Assembly (NCBI GenBank): GCA_963543945.1 | Contig: CAUUCN010000001.1 | Location: 1,118 to 65,117, forward strand | DNA: 64,000 nt | From: an uncultured Candidatus Saccharibacteria bacterium | GTDB lineage: Bacteria; Patescibacteriota; Saccharimonadia; Saccharimonadales; Saccharimonadaceae | Direction of reading: 5' to 3' | Shown: positions 38,006 through 47,224 of the stretch, in pieces | Layout: each line of letters begins with the position of its first letter | How positions within the stretch are numbered: position 1 is the first letter of the stretch | Notes under the pieces: model-generated | The model's database searches: none | What the model saw: only the letters and a program-made list of their open reading frames with translations | What the model was told of the DNA's origin: nothing | Translations under genes and position numbers: made by a program

Positions 38006-38347
38006 ATGATTAAAAATTACTTATCACATGTCTGCCGAATTTTGGATGACAATGATGAAATACTAACGACATACCAACCAGAAGAAGGGGCGATTGAAAT
38101 TGAGGCAAAAAGTATGCTACGTGAGCATATTGGAGTGGTGCCAATTTTCCAAATTACGTTCTCGAAGATGGTGGGTCTGCCAAGTTATGAAGAGGGGGTG
38201 TTCTATATCGTAAAACCAACTGTGGTGCGGGCGGTCAAGGATCTCGGTCGAACGATTGATGATCTATTTCTGCCAGTGTTTTCAGTTACGGATGACGAGG
38301 GAGCGCTGATTGGTTTTAGAGGGCTAGCTTCTGCACGTGACTTATAA
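38006..38347 (+). CDS. Family E1 hypothetical protein
   Basis: GVFYIVKPTVVRAVKDLGRTIDDLFLPVFSVTDDEGALIGFRGLA aligns with the high-GC gene 47935..48267. Confidence 0.65.
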   Translation: MIKNYLSHVCRILDDNDEILTTYQPEEGAIEIEAKSMLREHIGVVPIFQITFSKMVGLPSYEEGVFYIVKPTVVRAVKDLGRTIDDLFLPVFSVTDDEGALIGFRGLASARDL

Positions 38348-38481
38348 GACATTCACTTTCGGGTTCGGATTTTTCCGGGCCTTTTTTAATGAAAAAATCC
38401 CCGGCGAACCGAGGATTTTTGAGTGATGAAAGAGGATGAGAAAGCGAAGATTAGAAAATTCGATCTTAGGGAATCTGAGAT

Positions 38482-39573
38482 TTAGATTTCTTTCTGATTG
38501 AGGACTTTACCGTATTTGATACGTTTATTTTTCGATAAATCGCATCGATTAAAGAGTTCTATAAGTTTTTCCCGATTAATATTGGTGGCGCCATATTTAA
38601 GCAGGGCAACGCCAATTCGAAGTTTATCATCTGGCGTACAAAATAGGTTGCCATGTTCATATTTTTCAGCCAGTATATCAATCTGACCACCAGACACTAG
38701 GTAATTCTTGGTAAGGAATTTCTCAAAATCGCAACCATATCTAGTGGCAACGTAAACTTGCTGAATATTAAGTAACTCAAGAAACTGATTGATAGTGATC
38801 GTGGGTGGCAACTTTTTGAGATTAGGCTCTATTGATATGAAATCTTGGAAGTTCATATTAACCCAAATTGGTCGATAATCGTCAAGATTGATGCCGAAGA
38901 TGGTCCAATCGAGTGGGTCAGCGGCCATGATACTCTCGTGTATTTTTGGATTGCAGTGGTCTTTAATCCAGGCGGCAATGAGACCGAGTGAAAGATTCTG
39001 CTGATAGAAAAAATAGAGTAGACAGTAAACATTAGCAGGTTTTGGAGATTCCTTGACGAGGAGCTGGTTGGCCATCACGAAAATCGTCGTGAGGTTGACT
39101 CCGAGGACGCGCATTTCGGCGCATTGAACTTCGAGATCATGCTTAGTTTCGATCTTATAGCAGTTCATGGCGATAGTGTCGATATCGACACCGCGTTGCT
39201 GAAATTTTTTGAGGTTTCTCAGGATAAAATCACGACCTTTGATTTGAATTAACTGGTACATTAATTCATAAGAATCGACATGGACCTTAGAGGCTTTGAC
39301 TTTGTCGTAGTGACGCCAGATGTAGCTGGGGCTAAGTAGTTCCCTAACCTCGCTGGAGTTGGCGCCGGCCGCTAAAAGTTCAGACCAGATGGTTTGTGAA
39401 ATTCTATAAACACTGCCACGCTCTGCTTTAGTGCGGGCAAGTGTCATGGCGGCGTAGAGCGCATCATGTAGGTCAAGATAGCGCTTGACATAGGCGGGAG
39501 TACGACAGACTCTGGGCAGTTCCTCGAAACTAGATTCCGCGATTTGAAACATAATTTGGAATTTTTGACTCAT
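38482..39573 (-). CDS. Family B3 hypothetical protein (divergent)
   Basis: Start ATG 39573 (AAAGGGGA Shine-Dalgarno); shares the C-terminal layout with B1/B2 (IWVNMNFQDFISIEP..., NYLVSGGQIDILA, LINREKL). Confidence 0.65.
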   Translation of the reverse strand: MSQKFQIMFQIAESSFEELPRVCRTPAYVKRYLDLHDALYAAMTLARTKAERGSVYRISQTIWSELLAAGANSSEVRELLSPSYIWRHYDKVKASKVHVDSYELMYQLIQIKGRDFILRNLKKFQQRGVDIDTIAMNCYKIETKHDLEVQCAEMRVLGVNLTTIFVMANQLLVKESPKPANVYCLLYFFYQQNLSLGLIAAWIKDHCNPKIHESIMAADPLDWTIFGINLDDYRPIWVNMNFQDFISIEPNLKKLPPTITINQFLELLNIQQVYVATRYGCDFEKFLTKNYLVSGGQIDILAEKYEHGNLFCTPDDKLRIGVALLKYGATNINREKLIELFNRCDLSKNKRIKYGKVLNQKEI

Positions 39574-39627
39574 GTTTTCCCCTTTCATTTTGTAAAAGAA
39601 CGTGTAATAGATACAAAGTTTCCATTT

Positions 39628-39656
39628 ATTATCACATGAGATGCTTATTTTGTCAA
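39628..39656 (-). promoter_or_regulatory. Sigma70-type promoter TTGACA-17-GATAAT for B3
   Basis: Exact 17-nt spacer. Confidence 0.6.
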
Positions 39657-39735
39657 AATAAGCGTAGATGGAGAGCATAAAAGGTGGCTATGATTTTTTG
39701 TGAAGAGGCGGGGTTTATGAAGCATAAGCTTATAG

Positions 39736-39741
39736 TATAAT
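39736..39741 (+). promoter_or_regulatory. -10 box TATAAT 6 nt before ATG 39748 (leaderless-type start)
   Basis: tatagTATAATggaagaATG. Confidence 0.5.
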
Positions 39742-39747
39742 GGAAGA

Positions 39748-41613
39748 ATGAATCATAATTTGGCGCCAAGTGGTTTGGAGAAAGCAGGAGAGCAGGAGGT
39801 AAACGATAGTTACCTGAAGTTGATGCAGGCGCTGAAAGATGTGGAGTTCTTGGGGGAGAAAAAGACGAAAGTCGAAGAAAAACAGGCCGAAAGCGTGAGT
39901 GATTTTAACCTCGAGGGGATTTTGGGTCGCAAGGAAAAATTGCTATCAGATATAGAGAAGGAACATAGTCAAGAATATTTGATCCGAGAGAGGCATGAGA
40001 TTATTTGTGACCGTGACCATATCGAAAACCAGCGAGTGGATGTGGTGGAGAATCTGGAAAATCAGACTTTGGAATACCGCTTTAAGTTACGTGAACCTTT
40101 GACGGAAATTTCAGAATTGGGGCAGAAATTACGTACCGAATCACGCGAAAAAGACGGCGTGGCGGAGCTTAAAAGTGGTACTTCGGTGCGCCTCGGAGAA
40201 ATTATTTATCATGATTTAGAATCGAAGCGTGAATTTCGTTTGTGTGATGCTCTGGTATTTGAGAAAAATGGTGTGAAAGTTTCTTTGGCGGATGCGACTG
40301 CACGTGAACTAGGTGACGGAGTGATTTCTAGGAAACGTAATACTAGTAATCTGGTACGAGCAGCGATCGGTTTGGTGCAAATGGAAGTGCCAAAAGCGAT
40401 GGATGACATGGCGGCGCAGCAAATAATGGATGAAATTTTTAGGCAGGACCTCGGGGTAGAAGATGCTCTAGATGAAGTTTCGGAAGCGGCGGAGCGCGAT
40501 TATAAAATAGCGAGACTGAAGTGGCAGTATAAATTGGATGAACTTAGCCCGGATCAGGTCGATCGCGCGGAAAAATTGACACGCAAAGAGGTTTTTCCGG
40601 GATATTCGACCTTTATAGAATCTGGGAAACATAATGAGTATTTAGCGAAATACGGTGAGGATGTGCGCGCGGTCCATATGTTGAATTCGATGAGTGTGGA
40701 CTCGGTTTATCGGGTGTTAACTACGGGCTTGATGAGTACGACCGAGCGGTTCAGTCGGGGAGTGGTAAAAAATGGAATTTCCTCGGTACTGGATATTGAT
40801 TCTGGGGGTGCGGACAATGTGTTCACTAGGATTATGAATGCGGAGCAGCGCGGTAAAATTCAGAATCATGCGGTGGTATTGAAGCCGGAAATTTTTGACC
40901 GTACCGATTGGTATGCTTATAATGTGGACTCTTATGGTTCGACTAATGAAGCGCACTTTGCCGGGAGGTTGGTACCAGAGGAGATTTTTCAGCGCACCAT
41001 GGGCGATTTAAAACACTATTCGGCAGACAATGAGCAAATGTTTCGTACGGGTATCGGGGTGGATTATATTGAAGCGATAGAAGTGGATGAGCTGGATCGT
41101 GATGAATTACTTGAGGGGCTTCATGAAAAGGGACTCTTCGAGGTAAATGGGCGACCGATTGAGGAAGTGATTGTGGCGCGGGAATTTGACGAGGATGATG
41201 ACGATTGGGGAGACTTTGGAGCTAATTTTGAAGGGGCGGGTGAGTCGGTGGAAGATTTTTTGGCACAGAATTTAAGAAAGCAGGAACGCATGGAGGCGAT
41301 TTATAATGGCGAAGTAAAAGAGGTGAGCCTGGGAGAACTGACGGCGCTCGCGGAATCTTCGGAGGATTTTAATGATATCTTTGTTTCCCTGGCGGAGGCG
41401 ATTATGAGTCAGGGTGGAGGTGAAAAATTGAGAGTGGATCTCGAAACGCATTTAGGTCAGGTGCTGGGGTTGGAAGATTTGGCAAATTTAGCTTCGGGGA
41501 AGTTGCCAAAAGATTTTACGCCGAATGATTTAGGGGTATTCTTGTTTGCGAAAAATCAATTGGGAGTGGATTTTGGCAAAATGTATATGGAAGCGAGAGG
41601 GGTGAGTATATGA
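39748..41613 (+). CDS. Large hypothetical protein (621 aa); central segment with a weak ADP-ribosyltransferase-like pattern
   Basis: Coiled-coil-rich N-terminus; AVHMLNSMSVDSVYRVLTTGLMSTTE...DNVFTRI...NEQMFRTGIGVDYIEAIEV; acidic C-terminal region. The function call is speculative. Confidence 0.7.
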   Translation: MNHNLAPSGLEKAGEQEVNDSYLKLMQALKDVEFLGEKKTKVEEKQAESVSDFNLEGILGRKEKLLSDIEKEHSQEYLIRERHEIICDRDHIENQRVDVVENLENQTLEYRFKLREPLTEISELGQKLRTESREKDGVAELKSGTSVRLGEIIYHDLESKREFRLCDALVFEKNGVKVSLADATARELGDGVISRKRNTSNLVRAAIGLVQMEVPKAMDDMAAQQIMDEIFRQDLGVEDALDEVSEAAERDYKIARLKWQYKLDELSPDQVDRAEKLTRKEVFPGYSTFIESGKHNEYLAKYGEDVRAVHMLNSMSVDSVYRVLTTGLMSTTERFSRGVVKNGISSVLDIDSGGADNVFTRIMNAEQRGKIQNHAVVLKPEIFDRTDWYAYNVDSYGSTNEAHFAGRLVPEEIFQRTMGDLKHYSADNEQMFRTGIGVDYIEAIEVDELDRDELLEGLHEKGLFEVNGRPIEEVIVAREFDEDDDDWGDFGANFEGAGESVEDFLAQNLRKQERMEAIYNGEVKEVSLGELTALAESSEDFNDIFVSLAEAIMSQGGGEKLRVDLETHLGQVLGLEDLANLASGKLPKDFTPNDLGVFLFAKNQLGVDFGKMYMEARGVSI

Positions 41614-42002
41614 GAAGCTTTAGAAATATTATGAAAAATGGGCGTGAACGCGTGGAAAAATTGCCAGGGGCGGTTTATCTGGTGGAATGCGAGACTGATA
41701 AAACAGTGTTAGTAGCGATGCGACTAGAGGTAGTGCGGCGATTTTCTGAGGGGGAGGAATTTATCTCTGTGAAATGGTTTGACACGGTGCGTGAACGAGT
41801 GATGCGCGCGAAAATGGTTTGGCGCGTGGGTGAATGTCTGGCTTTTGAAAGACTGACAGACAATGGGGGTGGAAAATATTATTTCACGCCGTTGACGCTA
41901 GAGAAATATTATAGTGAAGTGAAAGATTTGTTGGTTTCGGGTGAGGATTTTACAAGTGAAGCGGAAATGATTGAGGCGTTCTTGAAGGCCGAGGCAAAAT
42001 AG
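41610..42002 (+). CDS. Hypothetical protein, translationally coupled (ATGA overlap)
   Basis: 130-aa ORF overlapping the stop of 39748..41613 by 4 nt. Confidence 0.65.
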   Translation: MRSFRNIMKNGRERVEKLPGAVYLVECETDKTVLVAMRLEVVRRFSEGEEFISVKWFDTVRERVMRAKMVWRVGECLAFERLTDNGGGKYYFTPLTLEKYYSEVKDLLVSGEDFTSEAEMIEAFLKAEAK

Positions 42003-42029
42003 GGGCGGGATTTGGGTTTTGAAAAAAAT

Positions 42030-42053
42030 AAACTCTCGAAAAATTCGAGAGTT
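42030..42053. terminator. Bidirectional hairpin terminator
   Basis: AAACTCTCGA/TCGAGAGTTT perfect 10-bp arms. Confidence 0.7.
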
Positions 42054-42072
42054 TAGTGAGAAAACAGTAAAT

Positions 42073-43104
42073 CTAGGCGCCAAGCCGATTAAGATTGGTG
42101 GTTTCAATGCGTGGAATGGAAGTAGATTCTGGTGAAATATCCGTGGTGTCAATTTCGGTTTCAGCAAATTGATCGCAAAGTTTAACCAGATATCGACCAC
42201 GCTTCAGGGTGGTGACCCACTTTTCTGGAATACTTTTGAGTCCATAATGAATACCAGCGAGCGAACCAGTGAGAGCGCCGACCGTATCGGTGTCATCGCC
42301 GAGATTAACCGCAGTAAGTACGGCATCTTGGAAGTTGTCAGTGGTCAGAAACGACCAAAGCGCTGCTTCTAGCGTATCGACTACATAGGCGCGAGAAGAG
42401 ATGAACCCCTTGGGATAGCGATAAATCTGATTTTTCAGAATTCGACTATATAGACTACGCTCTTCCGAATCAAACATACTGTAATCGTCTAGCTGGGTTT
42501 TGCGATAAGCTTCCTTGGGATTATCACCGCCTAATAAGTGGCAAACGAAATTAGTGTAAATCAGACAACCCAGCACGCTAATTGGGTGAGCGTGGGTGAG
42601 GGATGAAATATTTTTCACTAATTCGTAACGTTTTTCACCGGTGATTTGGTTGTTGTGACAAACAAAAGCTACTGGCAAGATGCGCATGAGTGATCCATTA
42701 CCGTTATTGGCGTAATGGCTCATACCACATTTGACGGGGTGTCCGCCAGCGAGATAAGTCTCAATCGCGCGTTTGCAGGTGCCGCCAATATCAAAAGTGA
42801 GCTTAGTAGCGGTGAATTCGTCTTGCAAATACCACTTGACAAAATTCTCCATAATGTCGTGATAATGGAAGCGTTTTTGGTCAATCAATGACTGCATCAG
42901 GCAGATGGTCATAGATGTATCGTCAGACCAAGTACCGGCAGGTTGATGATGGGTACCGACAGATAACATTTCGGTGACCGGCATGAGTTCTAGAAAATTT
43001 CGATTCAAAAACTCAATGGGCACCCCTAATGCGTCGCCAATAGCTAAGCCGATAAGGCCAGAACGAACTGCTTGCTTTATATCCTTTTTCTCTAAATGTA
43101 CCAT
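42073..43104 (-). CDS. ADP-ribosylglycohydrolase family protein
   Basis: GLAIGDALGVPIEF, WSDDTSMT and GDDTDTVGALTGSLAG motifs; AGGAGGAG Shine-Dalgarno. Confidence 0.85.
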   Translation of the reverse strand: MVHLEKKDIKQAVRSGLIGLAIGDALGVPIEFLNRNFLELMPVTEMLSVGTHHQPAGTWSDDTSMTICLMQSLIDQKRFHYHDIMENFVKWYLQDEFTATKLTFDIGGTCKRAIETYLAGGHPVKCGMSHYANNGNGSLMRILPVAFVCHNNQITGEKRYELVKNISSLTHAHPISVLGCLIYTNFVCHLLGGDNPKEAYRKTQLDDYSMFDSEERSLYSRILKNQIYRYPKGFISSRAYVVDTLEAALWSFLTTDNFQDAVLTAVNLGDDTDTVGALTGSLAGIHYGLKSIPEKWVTTLKRGRYLVKLCDQFAETEIDTTDISPESTSIPRIETTNLNRLGA

Positions 43105-43206
43105 AGTATCTCCTCCTATCGATTGGGTGATGATGCGGGATTATTTGTGAAATGGGACCAATTTTGGGTCAGATTTTTCACGATTTTTCCGCACCGAGAT
43201 TTATAT

Positions 43207-43235
43207 ATTATAACAATTTTAGAGTGTTTTGTCAA
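43207..43235 (-). promoter_or_regulatory. Sigma70-type promoter TTGACA-17-TATAAT for the glycohydrolase gene
   Basis: Minus-strand read: TTGACAaaacactctaaaattgtTATAAT. Confidence 0.65.
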
Positions 43236-43240
43236 TGAAG

Positions 43241-43274
43241 AAAAAATCCCCGAAGATAGGCTCCGGGGATTTTA
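43241..43274. terminator. Hairpin terminator, copy 1 of a duplicated 37-nt unit
   Basis: aaaaaatccccgaagataggctccggggattttaatg; near-identical copy at 43406..43440. Confidence 0.65.
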
Positions 43275-43345
43275 ATGAAGAGCTTCGACGTGTGTATTTT
43301 CTTGAATGAATAATCGTTTTAGTATTTTTGGTGTATAATTTTAAT

Positions 43346-43397
43346 ATCGAAGTCTCTGCACGGGGTGTAATGCTCCTACCGCAGGGGCTTCCTTTTT
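43346..43397 (+). ncRNA. Candidate small RNA, copy 1 (~52 nt: own -10 box, long hairpin, U-tail)
   Basis: TATAAT at 43334-43339; GAAGTCTCTGC...GCAGGGGCTTC 11-bp stem plus T5; paralog at 46546..46598 with compensatory stem changes. Confidence 0.5.
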
Positions 43398-43405
43398 ATA
43401 TACGA

Positions 43406-43440
43406 TAAAAAATCCCCGAAGATAAGCTTCGGGGATTTTA
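43406..43440. terminator. Hairpin terminator, copy 2 of the duplicated unit
   Basis: ATCCCCGAAG-ataag-CTTCGGGGAT, 10-bp stem; also serves the convergent HD gene. Confidence 0.7.
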
Positions 43441-43457
43441 ATGTGAGGAATTTAATT

Positions 43458-44045
43458 TTAGAGATTTATTGTGATAATACCTCCTAGCTCATCTATAAGA
43501 GTCGCAAGGTGATGCTTGAGTTCTATCGGCACCGGTTTGTTTCTGATGAGACTAAAAACGGTGCGATAATACCAGAGAATATCTTGTTTAGAAGCATTGA
43601 AGCGCTGCCAAATTTCATCGCCAAACTTATCGTAATCTTTTAGAATGTCAGTCAGGTTATGTATTTTATCGGCGGTTGCGACAATGTAGGCCTCAATGTA
43701 GTAGGAATTGCCGAGGCGCTTCAGGTAACTTTCTTTACGTTCTTTCCAGGGAAGTTTGGGCTGACCGGCCGTTTTAGGTTCCGAAACATCTTTGACGATG
43801 TCGGTAATTTCATCACCAAAATCGCGACGCATGTCAGCCTCAGAATAGACAGCTGGATTGACATCTTCAAGTATATCGTGTAGGATCCCAGCGACAATTG
43901 TTGCTTCGTCGTTGGTATATTGACTAATAATCATGCCGACGGCGACAGGGTGGGAAATATATGGAAAATCGGTTCCCTTGCGGTTTTGACCTTGATGGGC
44001 CTTGGCGGCAATTTTAAGTGCGAGATTAATTTTGTCAGTAAACAT
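43458..44045 (-). CDS. RelA/SpoT-type HD-domain hydrolase (small alarmone hydrolase-like)
   Basis: Start ATG 44045; AHQGQNRKGTDFPYISHPVAVGMI...AGILHDILEDV is the (p)ppGpp-hydrolase HD signature; no synthetase domain. Confidence 0.8.
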   Translation of the reverse strand: MFTDKINLALKIAAKAHQGQNRKGTDFPYISHPVAVGMIISQYTNDEATIVAGILHDILEDVNPAVYSEADMRRDFGDEITDIVKDVSEPKTAGQPKLPWKERKESYLKRLGNSYYIEAYIVATADKIHNLTDILKDYDKFGDEIWQRFNASKQDILWYYRTVFSLIRNKPVPIELKHHLATLIDELGGIITINL

Positions 44046-44170
44046 AGATTCACCTAACCTTTCGTAATGTGTGCGGGTGACTGTTTGGTTAAAATTCCTC
44101 AAATTTTAAGGTGCAATAAATTCACCTCTCTCTCGAGAGGTGAAAGTTGTGTAGCAAATTTTTTCGTAAT

Positions 44171-44791
44171 CTAAATATCTTTTACCTCGGGTTCACGATA
44201 CCAGATGATGCCAGATTTTTCAGAGACAGGGATTTCTAAACTTTGCTCTTTAAAATCCTTATAGGTCGAAACGAACCATTTAGTAGGTGATCCAGTGAAA
44301 GTAATAGAAGTGGCAGTAAGCCATGCTAAAAGACCGAACTCATCTGCGTCGGGCATTACACCGATAAAGCGCGTCTTATCACATATGTCTTGGTATGACG
44401 GCCGGTCGGCCTCTTGGATTTTTTGCCAACCGTTGTATTCGAGGATTTCACCCCAGTGTTTGGCATCGAAGCGATGTTCTCCGGGTTTGCGCGGCCCTGG
44501 TTTAGGTAATTTAGGTGAACTACCGCAGTGTTTTTTCATCATCCAGGCCACATAACTAGTACTACGCCGAATGACGAAGCCATTAGAATCAGTAATTAGG
44601 GTGTAAAAATTACCGTCGGATTCCGGCCATTTGGCAAAATCGGGATCAGCGTAAGGATATTCCTCGGCGCCAGTCTCCATGATGAAACGATAGATGTGAC
44701 GATAGATTATGCGAATAATCCGTTTAGGCTGCCAAGCAGCGCAAGATTCTCTTGCGAAAAAATTTGCTACTTTAATCTTAAATGTACTCAT
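44171..44791 (-). CDS. Hypothetical protein
   Basis: 206-aa ORF with GAAGGAGGGG Shine-Dalgarno; no confident family. Confidence 0.6.
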   Translation of the reverse strand: MSTFKIKVANFFARESCAAWQPKRIIRIIYRHIYRFIMETGAEEYPYADPDFAKWPESDGNFYTLITDSNGFVIRRSTSYVAWMMKKHCGSSPKLPKPGPRKPGEHRFDAKHWGEILEYNGWQKIQEADRPSYQDICDKTRFIGVMPDADEFGLLAWLTATSITFTGSPTKWFVSTYKDFKEQSLEIPVSEKSGIIWYREPEVKDI

Positions 44792-44835
44792 GATTCCCCT
44801 CCTTCATGCTGTGTGGGAAAATACCCAATATTTAT

Positions 44836-44864
44836 ATTATACAATGAAGAGTGGGGCGTGTCAA
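44836..44864 (-). promoter_or_regulatory. Sigma70-type promoter TTGACA-17-TATAAT
   Basis: Minus-strand read: TTGACAcgccccactcttcattgTATAAT. Confidence 0.65.
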
Positions 44865-44946
44865 TTTTTGACCCCTGAGTTAACACAGTATATAAATATT
44901 TCGATTAAAATTTAAAGATTCGTAAATATGGTATATTGTAATTAAT

Positions 44947-45603
44947 ATGAATTTAAGGGAAGCTAAAACCTATATCTATATTGATGTTAGTAACATCCGT
45001 CACGCCTGCCTTTGGAGCTGCGGTTTTGTTCTTGATTTTATTAAATTATATAACTATCTTAAAGAGAAATATCCGAATGTTCAGGAAATTCGTTATTATG
45101 AAGGGATATCTTCTAGTGATAGTAAGAAAATGGAACATTTTCGATTTTTGAGTGAAAAAGTTGGATATAAGATTTGCTCACTTTCTAGAAAAAGCTATAT
45201 TGAACCACCAAAGTACGAAAAATATAGATGCGCGAATTGCGGGTCTCTAAATAATATAAAAGTACTTTCGAAAAATGTGAAATTAAAATCGAATATTGAT
45301 GTTTATTTGACATCGGATCTGCTGGAGTGTGTTGCAAGATCAAAGGACCCAATTAATATCATAATCCTTTCTTGTGATGGAGATTATGCCGAAGCAATTA
45401 AGGCAACTCTTCGATTGAGCCCCGATTCTTGTGTAACGGTTTTAGCTACACCAGTAACAGAAATAAATAATTGCCTATCAGTTAGATTAAAACAACTTAG
45501 TCGTGAGCTTGATCGAAGTAATTATAAGTTGTCAAATATAAATAATATTAGAGATTATGTTGCTCAGTCTTTTGAGGGCGGTAAGAATAAATTGAAAAAA
45601 TAA
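44947..45603 (+). CDS. NYN/LabA-like domain protein with an inserted zinc-ribbon-like CxxC pair
   Basis: IYIDVSNIRHA ... IIILSCDGDYAEAIK (NYN acidic motifs); YRCANCGS; TATATT-9 nt-ATG start. Confidence 0.65.
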   Translation: MNLREAKTYIYIDVSNIRHACLWSCGFVLDFIKLYNYLKEKYPNVQEIRYYEGISSSDSKKMEHFRFLSEKVGYKICSLSRKSYIEPPKYEKYRCANCGSLNNIKVLSKNVKLKSNIDVYLTSDLLECVARSKDPINIIILSCDGDYAEAIKATLRLSPDSCVTVLATPVTEINNCLSVRLKQLSRELDRSNYKLSNINNIRDYVAQSFEGGKNKLKK

Positions 45604-45814
45604 TTAAGGATATTTTTAGAATCGAGCAACCCGCCATTTCTGGCGGGTTCTCATGAAGATAGCACCGAAGTGGTATCTCCGACGTTGGAGTTTCTTACTC
45701 CGATGTCTTTATTCTAGCATATATTGAAGAAAAACTCAATCCGAGTTCTAGTTGCATTTTTATAGTGTTATACTCGACGTAAAGCGGAGTAGAGGCTTAT
45801 GATATAATAAAAAT

Positions 45815-46354
45815 ATGGCTCATACTTTGTGTGCTAATAAACATAGTATGTGGAACGGCGATGGAAAAGTTTGCGTCGATGCTTATTCTGTTGAACTTAT
45901 TAAAAAAATATCAGAAGAAAACCCTGATAAGAAATTTGGCGATAAAGATAACGACTATTCCCTATTGGTTGATATTTATGATTCTTGCCCAGAAAAAGAA
46001 CCGGATATATGGCGATGCACGAAATGTCTAAGTCTAGTGATTTTCTTTTCTGATAATGAATATGGAATAGAAAAATGCTATGGTTATGTAGTTGATGAAA
46101 CGGAAAATTTGCCAGATAAAACGTTATATTCAAAATGGGAGGAGTATTTTGTTGAAAATAACGACGCCTTCGAAGAGCATCATGAGAATCTAAAAAATCA
46201 AGGTCTAACGCCATACGAATCATTTGAGAGATTCCATAAGGAATCAGATAAGTTAAACTTCGCATATGTAAGTGACGATAAGCTGAAAATTGTTGTAACA
46301 GATAATAGTTATAATCCAATTCGCCTTTATAAATTAAAATGGAAGACAGAATAA
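45815..46354 (+). CDS. Hypothetical Cys/His-containing protein
   Basis: 179-aa ORF; TATAAT-6 nt-ATG; C..H..C and RCTKC motifs. Confidence 0.6.
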   Translation: MAHTLCANKHSMWNGDGKVCVDAYSVELIKKISEENPDKKFGDKDNDYSLLVDIYDSCPEKEPDIWRCTKCLSLVIFFSDNEYGIEKCYGYVVDETENLPDKTLYSKWEEYFVENNDAFEEHHENLKNQGLTPYESFERFHKESDKLNFAYVSDDKLKIVVTDNSYNPIRLYKLKWKTE

Positions 46355-46477
46355 AGCGTTGATGTTGGAGTTGCAGTCAGTATGGGGGAAGATGCATTGA
46401 TGAATATGCTTATAAGGTCGCCAATAATCTTTGATATTGATTTTTAGATATCGGTAGTGTATTATTGAATTACAGCG

Positions 46478-46511
46478 CCTTGGTCTGGATTCGTTCCCGC
46501 CAAGGTTTTTT
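46478..46511 (+). terminator. Intrinsic terminator
   Basis: CCTTGG...CCAAGG stem followed by TTTTTT. Confidence 0.6.
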
Positions 46512-46545
46512 GATTTAAGATAATTTTATGTGATATAGTGAAAAT

Positions 46546-46598
46546 ATCGAAGTTCTTGCACGGCGCCGAAGGTACCTACCGCAGGAGCTTCTTTTTTT
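46546..46598 (+). ncRNA. Candidate small RNA, copy 2
   Basis: TGaTATAGT at 46531-46539; GAAGTTCTTGC...GCAGGAGCTTC stem plus T7. Conserved AATATCGAAGT, TGCACGG and CCTACCGCAGG blocks; the inner 11 nt differ from copy 1. Confidence 0.5.
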
Positions 46599-46759
46599 GC
46601 ATAAAATAACGATCGTGATACATATAAAAACACAAAGTCAGTTCTCTAGATAGTTTTGGTTAACCGTTTCTGTATATTTTCAACAATTCATTCGCGAGAT
46701 AGCCGAAAGCGTGTGAGTGGTATAATCATAAATAGGATACTAGAAAAGGAATAACTTTT

Positions 46760-47221
46760 ATGGAAAACGCTCCACGAATTAATGGTGAAAAAACGATGAA
46801 TATGGCTACACAACCCAATAGCCCAGATCGAACTGCTAATAAAACCTCAATCGTGAACCGACCATATATCAGAAAAGAAACCATCAATACCGTCGTTGAT
46901 CGTGATGGAAATGATAGCATGAGGATGGAAGAAATGCCAGCTGGAAAATCAGAAGAGCAAATTGAGAGTGAAAGAGTTGGTCGTGTTAAAATTAATGACG
47001 AAATGCAGGCTAGAATGAAGGTGTACTGGGCTGATAAACGAGCAAATGAGCAAAAACAACGTGAAGAACAAGAACGAGTTCGAAAAGAAAAGGCGATGAC
47101 TGAAGCCGAGCATCAAAGGATTCTGCAAGAACAAAGAGAAAAAGTTCAAAATGCATATCATCGAAATACTGAAAATGAACTTAATGAAGAGCAAGATAAT
47201 GAAATGGAAATGGAGATGTAG
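46760..47221 (+). CDS. Highly charged coiled-coil-like hypothetical protein
   Basis: 153-aa ORF; AAAAGGAA Shine-Dalgarno; E/K/R/Q-rich. Confidence 0.6.
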   Translation: MENAPRINGEKTMNMATQPNSPDRTANKTSIVNRPYIRKETINTVVDRDGNDSMRMEEMPAGKSEEQIESERVGRVKINDEMQARMKVYWADKRANEQKQREEQERVRKEKAMTEAEHQRILQEQREKVQNAYHRNTENELNEEQDNEMEMEM

Positions 47222-47224
47222 AAT

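Noticed and set aside
43346-43397. Target of the sRNA variable loop at 29489-29497 (GTGTAATGC)
   Set aside because: The 9-nt match is in the same sense as the 29467 mRNA, not complementary, and a 9-mer match is expected by chance in 2 x 64 kb.
44171-44791. CHAP-like peptidase call for the 206-aa protein
   Set aside because: There is only a vague resemblance (STSYVAW, FDAKHWGEILEYNGW). The would-be catalytic Cys and His positions are Ser and Leu. This is too weak to report as a product.
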